NCBI GenBank assembly: GCA_951406725.2
Contig: OX597821.1
Location: 33,542,001-33,606,000, forward strand
From: Octopus vulgaris
Taxonomy: Eukaryota
Reading direction: 5' to 3'
DNA length: 64,000 bases
Under the pieces are notes generated by a model. That model searched no databases. It was not told where the DNA came from and worked only from the letters and a program-made list of their open reading frames with translations. Positions 11,613 to 23,677 of the stretch are shown in pieces. The position numbers and the translations under genes were made by a program. Position 1 is the stretch's first letter, and every line of letters begins with the position of its first letter.

Positions 11613-12140
11613 CTATTTCTTTATTACCCACAAGGGGCCAAACAAGGACAAACATAGGTATTAATTGAACTCACAACCATACGATTGTGAGCCAAATACC
11701 CTAACCACCAAGCCATATACCCATTTCTTTATTGCCCACAAGGGGCTAAACATAGAGGGGACAAACAAGGACAGACTTAGGTATTAAATCATTTACATCG
11801 AACCCCAGTGCGTAACTGGTACTTAATTCATCGACCCTGAAAGGACAAAAGGCAAAGTTAGCCTCGGCAGAATTTGAACTCACAATGTAATGACAGACAA
11901 AATACCTTTTTCTTTACTACCCACAAGGGGCTAAACACGGAGAGGACAAACAAGGACAGACAAAGGGATTAAGTCGATTATATCGACCCCAGTGCGTAAC
12001 TGGTACTTAATTCATCGACCCTGAAAGGATGAAAGGCAAAGTTAGCCTCGGCGGAATTTGAACTCACAACGTAGTGACAGACAAAATACCACGAAGCATT
12101 TCGCCCGGCGTGCTAACGTTTCTGCCATCTTGCCGCCTTA
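11613..12140 (-). mobile_element. Tandem stack of SINE family A copies
   Basis: Three successive tail motifs (cccacaagggg...aacaaggaca) and two cores; head at ~12110-12140. Confidence 0.8.
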
Positions 12141-12789
12141 ACCTTCACAGTATCAGCTGAACAGGTATAAAAAAAGGCTAATTTGTAGTGTTGTACCAAC
12201 ATTATAAAACGGAATTAACATAAACAAAAGCAGAAATTGTTTTTGATCTCACAATGTACTAATAGAGTTCTTGGAACTATGAAGATGTAAGATGATGGTA
12301 GTTCCAGTCAAGATATTGATATTAATGACAAAAGTTCAGAGAAATAAACTTTTGTCATTAAATGGTATGCAGCTTGTAAGTTCAAAAGAGCAGAAGCCAT
12401 TAGAGTACTAGTTGAAAAGAAAGCAGGAGGAAATGGAAAATATCAGTGATGAAGGAATTAACAAGCTTCTCTTCTTGGTGCTAGAAATACAGTTTATAGT
12501 TTACAGTTTACAATGTCCGTATGTGTAGCAGCTGCATGGGAAAGATATACCATTTAAAATTTTGAACTTTCTCGTATTTTCTATCTTTTACTTGTGGCCA
12601 TGCTGGGGCAGTACTTTTGCAGAATTGACTGCAGTACTTATTTTGTGCTTTAAGCCTGGTACTTATTCTATTGGTCTCTCTTTTTTAAATTTTTTTGCTG
12701 AACTGCCACGTTACAGGGATATAAACACACCAACACTGGTTGTCAAATGGTAGTGGTGGGGACAAACACAGACACAAAGACACACACAC

Positions 12790-12845
<56 letters not shown>

Positions 12846-12852
12846 GTATATG

Positions 12853-12896
<44 letters not shown>

Positions 12897-12966
12897 TAAT
12901 CCAAACAAGAAAACACAGAAAAAAAGAAAAAAAGAGAAAAAACACAGCAACGCAGGACGTGGAACA

Positions 12967-14098
12967 TATAAACAGCAGTTTGTCTGTCTGGTTGTCTGTG
13001 TGTCTGTCAGGTTGTACCCTCACCCTGACCATGGCTTTAAACTGATTCTGATGAAACTTGACACACACATAGCCCAACGTCACAATTCAAAACTAACGCA
13101 GCGAAAATTTTGAAAAGTTCCCCCAGTTCTGAAAAAAATCGATAAATTCGACATGGGGTCGAGAATCTAAGCTTTTTATATGCAACACATTTTCTGTTGT
13201 AGTTTTCGCAACTTACAATCGATTTTCACCAAACTCATGGTGAAGCTTAATGTTACCCTAAGAAACTTAATTCTGATGTTAGTTTTCCATGCAATACCTT
13301 ACCATCAGAAAAAATCGGTAAAATCATGCCATTTTGGGAAATCGCGTTCAAATTCAAGATGACATATTTTCGACAATATCTTTCACAAATTGGCAGGAAT
13401 TTTTTTTGAAATTCACAGCAAGCATCATGTCTGCTACAAGGAGCTATATGGCCCTTTTTATTCCAATAGGATACTTTATTACTGGAAAAAATCGGTTAAT
13501 TAAATCATATGTGGCACACATAGCAAACCGATTTATATATTAAACACAAACCACAGACTGTTTAGGGGACGCAACTCAACCTTTTTAACTCTCGGAACAT
13601 GTGGGGGTAAGTATCCCAAAATGTATAAAAATGTACAAAAACAGCAAAAAAGTGGGCAGCAATGTTAGTGACAACAAGGAAAAAGTCAAAAGTGACCAAA
13701 CTGAACAAACGAATGGAAAAGGTTTTTTGGTGCACACGACAAAAGCGGTTTATAATAAACCAAGAGTTTGCAAGTAGCGTCCGAGGACCCTTAATGTACA
13801 TCAAAAATTTAAGGTAAAACGTTTGGGGTGGTAGTTATAAAGAAAGTATTCGAATAACTTGCGGCTGCAGCAGCTATTAGCAGAAGTTGGGGGTAAAGTC
13901 TCGAATGTAATTTCTTCCTGGTAGGAATTGGTTGGGTTGAATTATCGATAGCTGTTTGATAGTTATTTGAGAGTGAAGAGAAGACATTGCAACCTACACA
14001 TGTGCCTTCGTTCCCTAGAGGGAAAGGACTAGATTGGGATTAGTTGTTGCCTACTAGGGGCTCTTACATACCCGGTCAACGCCGGGCTATGCTGCTAG
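12967..14098 (+). mobile_element. Non-autonomous Helitron-like element
   Basis: 5' (GTCT)n tract; 3' hairpin cccgg-tcaacg-ccggg (14071-14086) 8 nt before CTAG (14095-14098) followed by T. Confidence 0.75.
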
Positions 14099-14139
14099 TA
14101 TATATATACATATATATATATATATATGTATGTATATAT

Positions 14140-14507
14140 TTTTTTTATTTGTTTCAGTCATTTGACTGCAGCCATGCTAGAGCACTGCCTTTAGTCGAAC
14201 AAATTGACCCGAGGACTTATTCTTTGTAAGCCTAGTACTTATTCTATCAGGCTCCTTTTGCTGAACCGCTAAGTTACGGGGACATAAACACACCACCATC
14301 GGTTGTCAAGCGATGTTGGGGGGACAAACACAGACACACAAACATATATATATATATACATGATAGGCTTCTTTCAGTTCTGTCTACCAAAATCCACTCA
14401 CAAGGCTTTGGTCTGCCTGAGGCTATAGTAGAAGACACTTGTTCAAGGTGCCACGCTGTGGGACTGAACCCGGATATGCTACTTATCACACAGCCACTCC
14501 TGCACCT
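14140..14507 (-). mobile_element. SINE family B, near full length
   Basis: Family B tail, body and head (cacagccactcctgcacct = reverse complement of the 5' end). Confidence 0.8.
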
Positions 14508-14593
14508 AAAATATAGAATGTTTCATGAATTTGCATGTCATCCTTGTGCAGGGGCCATGCTAATCTTTTCTGTATCTTTCCAATTTTAGTATA
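14508..14593 (-). pseudogene. U6: U6 snRNA pseudogene, 5'-truncated
   Basis: Minus strand reads TATACTAAAATTGGAAAGATACAGAAAAGATTAGCATGGCCCCTGCACAAGGATGACATGCAAATTCATGAAACATTCTATATTTT, i.e. U6 from about nt 21 to the 3' U tract; ACAGAGA box mutated to ACAGAAA; 5' stem-loop absent. Confidence 0.92.
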
Positions 14594-15921
14594 CATAAGC
14601 ATGTATGTATGTATGTATGTATGTATGTATGTGTGTGTATGTATATATATATATATATATATATATACAAAATAAGAAAATGGAGAAATACATCGAAATC
14701 AAATCTTATTTTGTATTATGAATTTGTGGTAAAACATTTTACCTTTGCCCATATAATACAATAACTGAATTAATTGTATCGCATTTCTTAACATTTATGT
14801 ATTAACTTTGTTGGATACCTCACTAGCAGTATATTGGATATATGGTATCCCATGGTGGGTTGCATTTACAACCCCTATTTTAATTTGTATATATATATAT
14901 ATATATACATATGTATGTGTACACACACACACACACACACACACACATGATGAGCTACTTTCAGTTTCTGCCTACCAGATCCACTTACAAGGTTTTGGTT
15001 GGCCCAAAGCTATGATAGGAGACATTTACCCAAGGTGCCTTCAGGTGTCTGAACCTGGGCCTCCATGAGAAAATATGCCCTACCTCATGCCACCAAGAAC
15101 TTTCTGACAATCAGTTGTACAACTAATGAAGAGTTATAAATGGACAGCCTGACTCGAGTCTTTGTTATCTTTGAACTGGTTTTCGGGTTCGAGCACTTTT
15201 AAAAGGATTCTAAAGAGACTTGAGGGCCAGATGATGTAAGGCCTCCTACCCAAGAACTACATCAAAGGTACCCAGGGTTCAAGAAATAATATGAAACTGG
15301 GTTGCATGTTTGACTTTAGTCTGCTTTGTTGTAAGAACTTCAGTTCAGTTAAATTGATGCTCTTCTCCCAAGACATGACAAACTAAATTTATATAACTAG
15401 AAGTTGTTGGAGTAATTGTGCTTTAGTAAATAATGAACAGAAATGTGGAATAAAAGTAGGAAAAAAAAGTGTTAGTAAAAAGAAATGCTAACTTTATTGT
15501 GTTAAATATTATTTGGAAGCTACAAAGTATTGCTTAGCTTTCTCACAATGTTTTTTCTCCTAATTTTATTTCAAAATACTTCAGTAAACTTGTATTATAT
15601 AAGAAGAAAAGAGGATGATTAGATTTTGTAAGAAAGTTGATGAAGCATGCAATATCTTTACAAATAAGATGATTTAAGATTTAATACCTTCTGGGTTTTC
15701 ATCAAACAATGTTGATGTCATCGTTAATTTCTTCTTTCCTTACAAAAAAAATAAATAAATAAATAAAAGAAGATGCAGGCTTGGCTGTGTGGTAAGAAGC
15801 TTGCTTCCCAACAATAAGGGTCCACTGTGTGACACCTTTGGGCAAGTGTCTTCTACTATAGCCTCAGGCCTACCAAAAGCTTGTAAGTGGATTTGGTAGA
15901 TGGACACTGAAAGAAGCCTGT

Positions 15922-15985
<64 letters not shown>

Positions 15986-15989
<4 letters not shown>

Positions 15990-16392
15990 GAGTAGCTGTG
16001 TGGTAAGTAGCTTGCTTACCAACCACATGGTTCCGGGTTCAGTCCCACTGCGTGGCACCTTGGGCAAGTGTCTTCTACTATAGCCTCGGGCCGACCAAAG
16101 CCTTGTGAGTGGGTTTGGTAGACGGAAACTGAAAGAAGCACGTCGTATATATGTATATATATATATATATATGTGCGTGTGTGTTTGTGTGTCTGTGTTT
16201 GTCCCCCTAGTATTGCTTGACAACCGATGCTGGTATGTTTATGTCCTCGTCACTTAGCGGTTCGGCAAAAGAGACTGATAGAATAAGTACTGGGCTTACA
16301 AAGAATAAGTCCCGGGTCGATTTGCTCGATTAAAGGTGGTGCTCCAGCATGGCCGCAGTCAAATGACTGAAACAAGTAAAAGAGTAAAAGAG
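15986..16392 (+). mobile_element. SINE family B, full length (other copies ~15775-15925, 17555-17710, 35220-35352, 56305-56645, 58455-58640, 61705-61912)
   Basis: Complete head, ccttgggcaagtg core, internal microsatellite and gtaaaagag tail. Confidence 0.85.
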
Positions 16393-16623
16393 TATATATA
16401 AAGCAAGGATGGGGTCACATTTTGGATAATTTCACCTGGGTTATACTTTTCTTGAAAGAGTAAAAGCCAAGGTTATATTGGCTTGAATATCCTTTGATTA
16501 AAAAAAGGACTATTCAATCAAAGATGGGTTAAACAATAACAAACACCCTAAATATCAATAATAATAATAATAAATTTTTCTCATATAGGCACAAAACCTG
16601 AAATTTGGGAGGAAGGGCAAGAC

Positions 16624-16906
16624 CAGGGCCTCCGGGAGAGGGGTCCAGCTGGTACTTTGTTCCAGGGCCCAAGGGCTAAGGAGGGCCCCACAGTAACCAT
16701 ACCTCATCCGTCTCCCCTCTAAACCAAGCACTTTCTACTACCTCCAGCTCAACATACATTCACACTACATGTCTTTTTATTAGTGTTTATTGTTAATTAT
16801 TGTAGACCTAGTTGTATGGACATATAACATCAAGAGTATCTACCTACAGCCCAGAGCCCCAAAGGGGTCTTGTACTGCCTTGCAAAATTTCTCTTTGGAG
16901 GCCCTG
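16624..16906. mobile_element. hAT-like MITE inserted in a family A SINE
   Basis: TIR cagggcctcc / ggaggccctg; imperfect 8-bp TSD ggcaagac / ggtgagac. Confidence 0.7.
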
Positions 16907-17726
16907 GGTGAGACAATTACATTGACCCCAATGCGCAACTGGTACTTATTTTATCAACCCTGAAAGGATGAAAGGCAAAGTCGACCTTGGTGGAAAGACA
17001 TTAATTTATCATTCAGTCAATTTATCATACAGTTAATTGCTAAAGCCCTACCATTCTTATAGAACCATTTATATTCAAGATGCTGCAAAATGAAGAACTT
17101 ACTGAATTACCCTAATGTACAATCAATCAAGGGATATTATGTGCAAGATACACTAATTAACTGACTTTTGTTATATTAATCAAAAGTTGATTAACTTCCG
17201 ATCCTCTGTCTGTATGTCTGGTAGCATATTTATTTAACTGTGTCTCTGCAGGTCAGTCAACCTCCTCTTCTTCTCTGTTCTCCACCTGCTTGCTTATCTA
17301 TCTAGTCTTGGTCTGCTCCGGTAACAAATATTCTGTGTAGCAGAATTCCCGAAAGAGTTCAATAAGTCAAATGGTCATGACGAAGAAGTGTCTACCTCAG
17401 TGTTTGTCAAGTTGGAGTGCATTTCCTGCCCAAGAGGTATGGTAATATTTTGGTGAGGTGTGGGAATTCAGAATGGGGCATAAGTAAGTAACAAGTAAAT
17501 AAAATTTGCAATAAAGCTTTAATTAAAACTCCTTACGAATATATATGTGTGTATGTCGGTGTGGTAAGAAGTTTGCTTTTCAACAACATGGTTCCAGGTT
17601 CAGTTCTACTGCATGGCACCTTGGACAAGTGTCTTCTACTATAGCCTTGGACTGACCAAATCTTTGAGAGTGGATTTTGTAGATGGAAACTGAAAGAAGC
17701 CTGTTGTGTGTGTGTATATGTATATA

Positions 17727-17792
<66 letters not shown>

Positions 17793-17804
17793 TAGATAGA
17801 TAGA

Positions 17805-18039
17805 TGTACTTATATATATAGCAAGTGATCTGAGCTGAGATCGTGTGCTGGAACGAAAACTATTGCAGCGTGGAGGTGTTTATAAGCCATTTAAGAAACA
17901 CATAAAAACCGTTAGATTCACTTCAACATTTAAATTTAATTTGTCAAAATATTTTCGTCGCTTTGAGACCACGACCTGTTCACTGACAAAACTTCATGCT
18001 GCATCTTAAATGGCTTATAAACATCTTCCACGTTGCAAT
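17805..18039 (-). mobile_element. Penelope-style repeat with inverted terminal segment
   Basis: ~35-bp inverted repeat 17862-17896 / 18004-18039 enclosing a hammerhead-like motif; flanked by (TA)n; the 17805-17865 part recurs at ~20195-20252. Confidence 0.55.
17940..17990 (-). ncRNA. Type I hammerhead-like motif with G3/C8 core variant
   Basis: tttgtca-GTGAACA-g-gtcgt(ggtctcaaa)gcgac-GAAA-atat-TT-tgacaaa: 7-bp stem I, 5-bp stem II, palindromic stem III AATATT. Confidence 0.6.
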
Positions 18040-18149
18040 TATATATATATATATATATATGGAGAATTCACGGAAAAAAAAAAAGACAAAGACAGGTGGT
18101 GCAGAAAACAAACGGATGTATTAGTATAACGCTCGGGAACTGAAAAAGT

Positions 18150-18185
18150 CTTTTACATTTTGAGCCTAAGCTCTTCCACAGAAAG
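18150..18185 (-). ncRNA. Decayed minimal hammerhead-like motif (U at position 6)
   Basis: cttt-CTGTGGA-a-GAGC(ttag)GCTC-AAAA-tg-TA-aaag; G12A and cg>tg fit CpG decay. Confidence 0.5.
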
Positions 18186-18247
18186 GAACACAGAAAGAAA
18201 CACGGAGAGAAAAAAAATGTGTGTAGAGGCTAACAATCTATCATGGC

Positions 18248-18296
<49 letters not shown>

Positions 18297-18299
<3 letters not shown>

Positions 18300-18889
18300 G
18301 ATTCTACAATTTAAATTCCCAATTCAACTTACTTTCTTCTTCAATTTCAACTCCCGATCGATGTCCGCAGCAAGTTCTTAAAAATTTATCTTACTATTTT
18401 ATTCGTTGTTACTACGTTTATTCATACATTGTTACGAAAATTTAACCTTTTAGGCTACTTTCAAGCCTTCGCCATAACTTGATTTATCTTTCTATCTCTC
18501 TCTCTACAAAATTTAACCTTAGGCTAGGCTACCTCAAGCCGTAATCCCATCTCTTCCCATCTTTCAGCCATTGGCGGTCTTTTTACTACCTCCTCTTACC
18601 ATTACGATTCTACAATTTAAATTCCCAATTCAACTTACTTTCTCCTCTACTTCAATTTCAACTCCCGATCGATGTCCGCAGCAAGTTCTTAAAAATTTAT
18701 CTTACTATTTTATTCGTTGTTACTACGTTTATTCATACATTGTTACGAAAATTTAACCTTTTAGGCTACTTTCAAGCCTTCGCCATAACTTGATTTATCT
18801 TTCTATCTCTCTCTCTACAAAATTTAACCTTAGGCTAGGCTACCTCAAGCCGTAATCCCATCTCTTCCCATCTTTCAGCCATTGGCGGT
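18297..18889. repeat. Near-identical tandem duplication, period 306 bp
   Basis: 18297-18578 repeated at 18603-18889. Confidence 0.95.
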
Positions 18890-19261
18890 GCGCCCGCCCC
18901 CCACCCCCACCACCAATACCGATGAACACTGTTCTCACCCCCACCACCAATACCGGTGAACACTGTTCTCACCGCCAACACCACCAATACCGGTGAACAC
19001 TGTTCCTCACCCCCCACCACCAATACCAGTATACCCTGTCCTCACCAACTACACCGGATACGCCTTACTCATCTACACCGGGTACGCCCTACTCCCTCCT
19101 CCTCCCCCCACTACCCCTTCTCCTCATATGCTTTCACTGTGAAAAGACAAGCTGCTAGCGCCATAGCTCATCAACTGCCCACCGATCTTACGCTTCCTCC
19201 TGACACTGCCTCATTCCGACTATCCCCTTTAGCACCCTCCCGCCTCGTAATATCCTACGTT

Positions 19262-19615
19262 TTTATTTCTTAGGAACCTACACCAACCCTTCCTGCCATC
19301 GTTCCTCCTTACCCCAACCTTCCCCACTGGTTGCTCCCCTATATTACCCACCTCAACTGGACCCCCCTCCCCAACTCAACTCTAGAATATCTGTATTCTT
19401 TCCTCTACCTAATAACGTTACTCAGTGACGATAACGAATGTCTTTATTTCTTAGGAACCTACACCAACCCTTCCTGCCATCGTTCCTCCTTACCCCAACC
19501 TTCCCCACTGGTTGCTCTCCTATATTACCCGCCTCAACTGGACCTCCCCTCCCCAACTCAACTCTAGAATATCTGTATTTCTTTCCTCTACCTAATTACG
19601 TTACTCAGTGACGAT
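19262..19615. repeat. Tandem duplication, period ~181 bp
   Basis: tttatttcttaggaacctacaccaaccc...ctcagtgacgataa occurs twice. Confidence 0.92.
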
Positions 19616-19749
19616 AAATGCTGTGACTACAAAGACCCGGGCTGCTTTCTGCAGCAATTCCACATACCCCCTACTCATTCTAAGTACCCCGGATCCCCAA
19701 AGTACCCTGGATCCCCAAAGTACCCCGGACCTCGTTGCCCCCGTGCCGC

Positions 19750-19993
19750 TGACACATTAAAATGCTCGAACCGATCGTGACGATGCCGGACCCTCCGGCC
19801 CCTGTGCAGGTGGCACGTAAAAAGCACCCAATCCACTCACGGAGTGGTTGGCGTTAGGAAGGGCATCCAGCCGTAGAAACTCTGCCAGATTCAGACTGGA
19901 GCCTGGTGCGGCCCCTGGCTTCCCAGACCCGGTCAAACCGTCCAACCCGTGCTAGCGCGGAAAGCGGACGTTAAACGATGATGATGATGATGA
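19750..19993 (+). mobile_element. RTE 3' tail fragment
   Basis: ggcacgtaaaaagcacc...gtggttggcgttaggaagggcatccagc...gcggacgttaaac(gat)n, matching the 3' UTR of 25956-28399. Confidence 0.85.
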
Positions 19994-20470
19994 TATATAT
20001 ATATATTACATATATGTGTTTGTGTGTGTGTGTGTGTGTCTTTGTGTCTTTCTTTGTCCTGCTTTATAACTGGTTTGGTATGTTTACATCCTGGTAACAT
20101 AGCAGTTTGGCAGAAGAGACCAATAGAATAAGTACCAAGATGTGTGTGTGTGTATATATATATATATAGATAGATAGATAGATAGATAGATAGATGTACT
20201 TATATATAGCAAGTGATCTGATCTGAAATCGTGTGCTGGAACGAAAACAATTGAAAATAATCTGGTCTGCAATCCACATGTTCATTAATACTGGAGCTGT
20301 GACCCCTCAATGCAAAGAACCAGTTGCTCAAGCTGGAGATACTCTGATCTCTGATTTATTCACCCTGTCAAAAAGTGTGTTAGACGTACAATTTGATTAT
20401 ATATGTCGCCTCGGTTGTTTGGGGAAGAATATATGGTTGTTTTTCTCTCTCTCCATTTGTTTCCCTCACC

Positions 20471-20507
20471 TCTTTCTGTCAAAGAGCATAGGCTCGAAAC
20501 ATTAAGA
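20471..20507 (+). ncRNA. Decayed minimal hammerhead-like motif, same family as 18150-18185
   Basis: tcttt-CTGTCAA-a-GAGC(atag)GCTC-GAAA-ca-TT-aaga; shared downstream gactttttca...gagc. Confidence 0.5.
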
Positions 20508-20597
20508 CTTTTTCATTTTTCCTGAGCATTAAACAAATACACCTTGCTTGTGGTTCCTTCACTTGTCTCTGTATTTTGTTTTTTTGAACATGTGAAC

Positions 20598-20641
<44 letters not shown>

Positions 20642-20644
<3 letters not shown>

Positions 20645-20912
20645 AGGCACAATGGCCCAGTGGTTACGGCAGTGGACTCACGGTTTCGATTACCTGGCCG
20701 AGCATTGTGTGTGTTTATTGCGCAAAAACACCTAAAAGCTCCACGAGGTTCCGGCAGGGGGTGGTGATCCCTGCTGTACTCTTTCACCACTCCTTCTCTC
20801 ACTCTTTCTTCTGTTGGCCTGCTTACTTAGCCATTGGGGTGGCGTCATTCGAAGGCTAAAACAATGTGAATGCATTGTGACCAGCGATGTGTAGCAACAT
20901 CTGATGGTCTGG
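20642..20912 (+). mobile_element. SINE family C subfamily
   Basis: Head ggaggcacaatggcccagtggtt and body aaacacctaaaagctccacgagg; different 3' part. Confidence 0.75.
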
Positions 20913-21271
20913 TATATATATATACATACAACAATATAATTATGGAGAACATATATAGTATATGAGAAGAGAAGGAATAAGAAATACATATGAAACCAAA
21001 CTCATGAATTAAATTTAGAAGACAAGATCAGAATGTATTTATGGTAATGTACGAAATATAATAACTAATTCTTCATAAGCAAAATAATTTATAATTTATG
21101 AATGCTAAAAATTAAAAATATTGTTTCATTATAATTTGATAGCCATAGTCCCTCCTACCAACTACTGTAAATAAATAAATTAGTAAAATATATAATATTG
21201 GTATAGTTCTGCAGACTCTGTGCTAGATGATCAGCGATGCAGAGATGTAGTAGAGAGGTGTTGTTAGAGAA

Positions 21272-21302
<31 letters not shown>

Positions 21303-21559
21303 AAATAAAAATGAAAAATAAACAAAGCATCCAAAAACTAAAAAACGATGGTAATCGTATTATCTGAATACATCCCAATATACTCGTGCGCTTGTAATTT
21401 GTGGCTATTTAAATATTTCTTGTACTAGCTGAATGTAGCCTTCATTTACGAGATTGTTTAATAATCTATTATTCCCAAAATATCTTTTTTTTTGTGCTTC
21501 AATTTCAAAAATATCACCAAAAATATGATCTATACTTCGATTATGTTTGTTGTTGTTAC

Positions 21560-21609
<50 letters not shown>

Positions 21610-21614
21610 GTGTG

Positions 21615-21666
<52 letters not shown>

Positions 21667-22145
21667 TACATACATGCATGCACACACATATTAAATGCAT
21701 GAAGCATCAAGCTGCATTTGGTAAGAGAAACCAAATACAGTCAGTTTCCAAGATATTGCAAAAATGTGTTAGCCATTTCATTTTTAAAAAATCAATAATC
21801 AATGGGGAAAAAAAAATCCTAAAAAGATCATTTGGGATAGACTTAAAAGATAATCCTTATTTTAGAACATGCTACTTAAGATAACAGCCTTGCATGACAT
21901 CAAATGTATTCCAAAACAGTTTCATTTCATGTGTTCTTGCTTTTACTAAGAGAGAGAGACAGGAGAGTCGTTTAAGTTGCATTCATTTGACTTTTTTTCA
22001 ATTTTCTAAAGGAAATTGCATCTAAGCTTGGTAAATAAAGCGCACTGAAAAAAATACAACTTACAAAGGAAATCTAAATGTATAAGTGCATAAATATATG
22101 CGATTTACGTTTCACACACACATACATATATACATAGAGAGGGGT

Positions 22146-22203
<58 letters not shown>

Positions 22204-22369
22204 CATAAAATGCATCAAATATTGTAACTCTTTGTTTCTGACTCTGCCCCTGTAAGAGATGCCCAGGATTGAATGTAGGCAGTATCAGTGGGACACACCC
22301 GGCACTTGAAAGATCCTCACTGTCTTTGTCCAGGTTTCACAGACATTAGATGACTGTTGGTATAACAAT

Positions 22370-23070
22370 AGATGAGTATAGCTATTATTATATGGAAGTG
22401 AAACATGGATACTGACAAAGGAATTATTAAATGGGCTAGATACCTGCTACTCAAGGATGCTATGAATGTCCCTAAATGTAAAATGACAGCAACATATGAC
22501 AACTGAATGCCTTTATGGAGACCCACTGAAAGTTAGGGATCTTTTCGGTTTGAACGGCAGTGTTTTCTAGCGGTGTCATATGAAATTGTCACCCATAATT
22601 ATGACCCTAGTATCGATCTATTGCATTTCAATCTGTTTTAGGGTTAGGGGTGGGGGGAAGGGTATCTTTTTTACTTCACAAATGTAAATAAACCCAATCT
22701 GTTTCTTAAACGAGGGACATATTCATATGGCACAGAATGTTTTTTAACTCAATACACGTCATTGATTGGTTGAAATTGCAGAAATTGAAGAAAAAAATCA
22801 CAAATATCTTACAAACTATAGAATTTTCTCAATAAAGCCAACAGAAAAAGGTGTTTTATAAACACATTCTACCAGTATACGAAGTTTAAAACTTTTTAGT
22901 TACCTAGAAATTATGTCAAAAACTGCCGTTCAAACTGAAAAGATCCAAAGTTAGGCAAAGAAAGTTAGGAAAATCAGGCAAAGACAGCTGCAATTATCTG
23001 GTCACTGTATGTGCCACCCTGAACTGGAAGCATCCAAATCAATCTTATGGAACCCACTTCATGTCCAGTA
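22370..23070 (+). pseudogene. Old RTE LINE ORF C-terminal fragment split by a MITE
   Basis: Reads LLYGSETWILTKELLNGLDTCYSRML*...CLYGDPLKV | KVRKIRQRQLQLSGHCMCHPELEASKSILWNP. Confidence 0.75.
22537..22946. mobile_element. GG-TIR MITE
   Basis: Both TIRs; perfect 8-bp TSD aaagttag. Confidence 0.9.
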
Positions 23071-23677
23071 AGTTCACCAACATCAATTCACCACAGGGAA
23101 AGTTCTCTGTCATCAATTCATCATTTTTTTCTTTCAATAAAATAGTTTTTGATTATTAATGGTGAGATACTATGTATATGTTTTCTTGGTAAACTTCCTC
23201 CATGCCAAACTTTCTTCATGGTGAATTGGTGATAGTGGTCTTTCCTGCAATCCTTCGTGGTGGCGTAAGGAGAGGAAAATGTCAGCTTAATTGCAGACAC
23301 TGGCCTGGAACATATTCAAGACCTTGAGGTAGTGATGTTGGACCAAGAGGTGTAGTGGGTGGACTTTGTTGCTGCAGCTTGACTTGGAACCCAGCCATAA
23401 GAATAAGAATACAGGTGCAGGTTTGTCATCTTACAGCTGGTCTTTGATTTCTATACTGGATGAAGGTATTGGCATACAGACATTGCTTTATATTATCCTG
23501 GACTTGAAATACAGCTTCTGAGATATGTACACTGATTGACTTTTGTCTTGTCTGAGATCAACAAGTTATCCTTGGGTTCCACCAATTGACTACATCATAC
23601 TAACTCAAACAAAAAGGGACAAATTGGGTACTTTAATCTGGGGTACACTATCTCTTAAAGAAAGAAAACAAAAATGC

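Noticed and set aside
11585-11613. Perfect 11-bp hairpin ggtaacataca/tgtatgttacc
   Set aside because: Single AT-rich occurrence between repeat fragments; too short to assign a function
12240-12560. Purine-rich, coding-looking stretch
   Set aside because: No sustained open frame or recognisable motif; at most an unidentifiable relic
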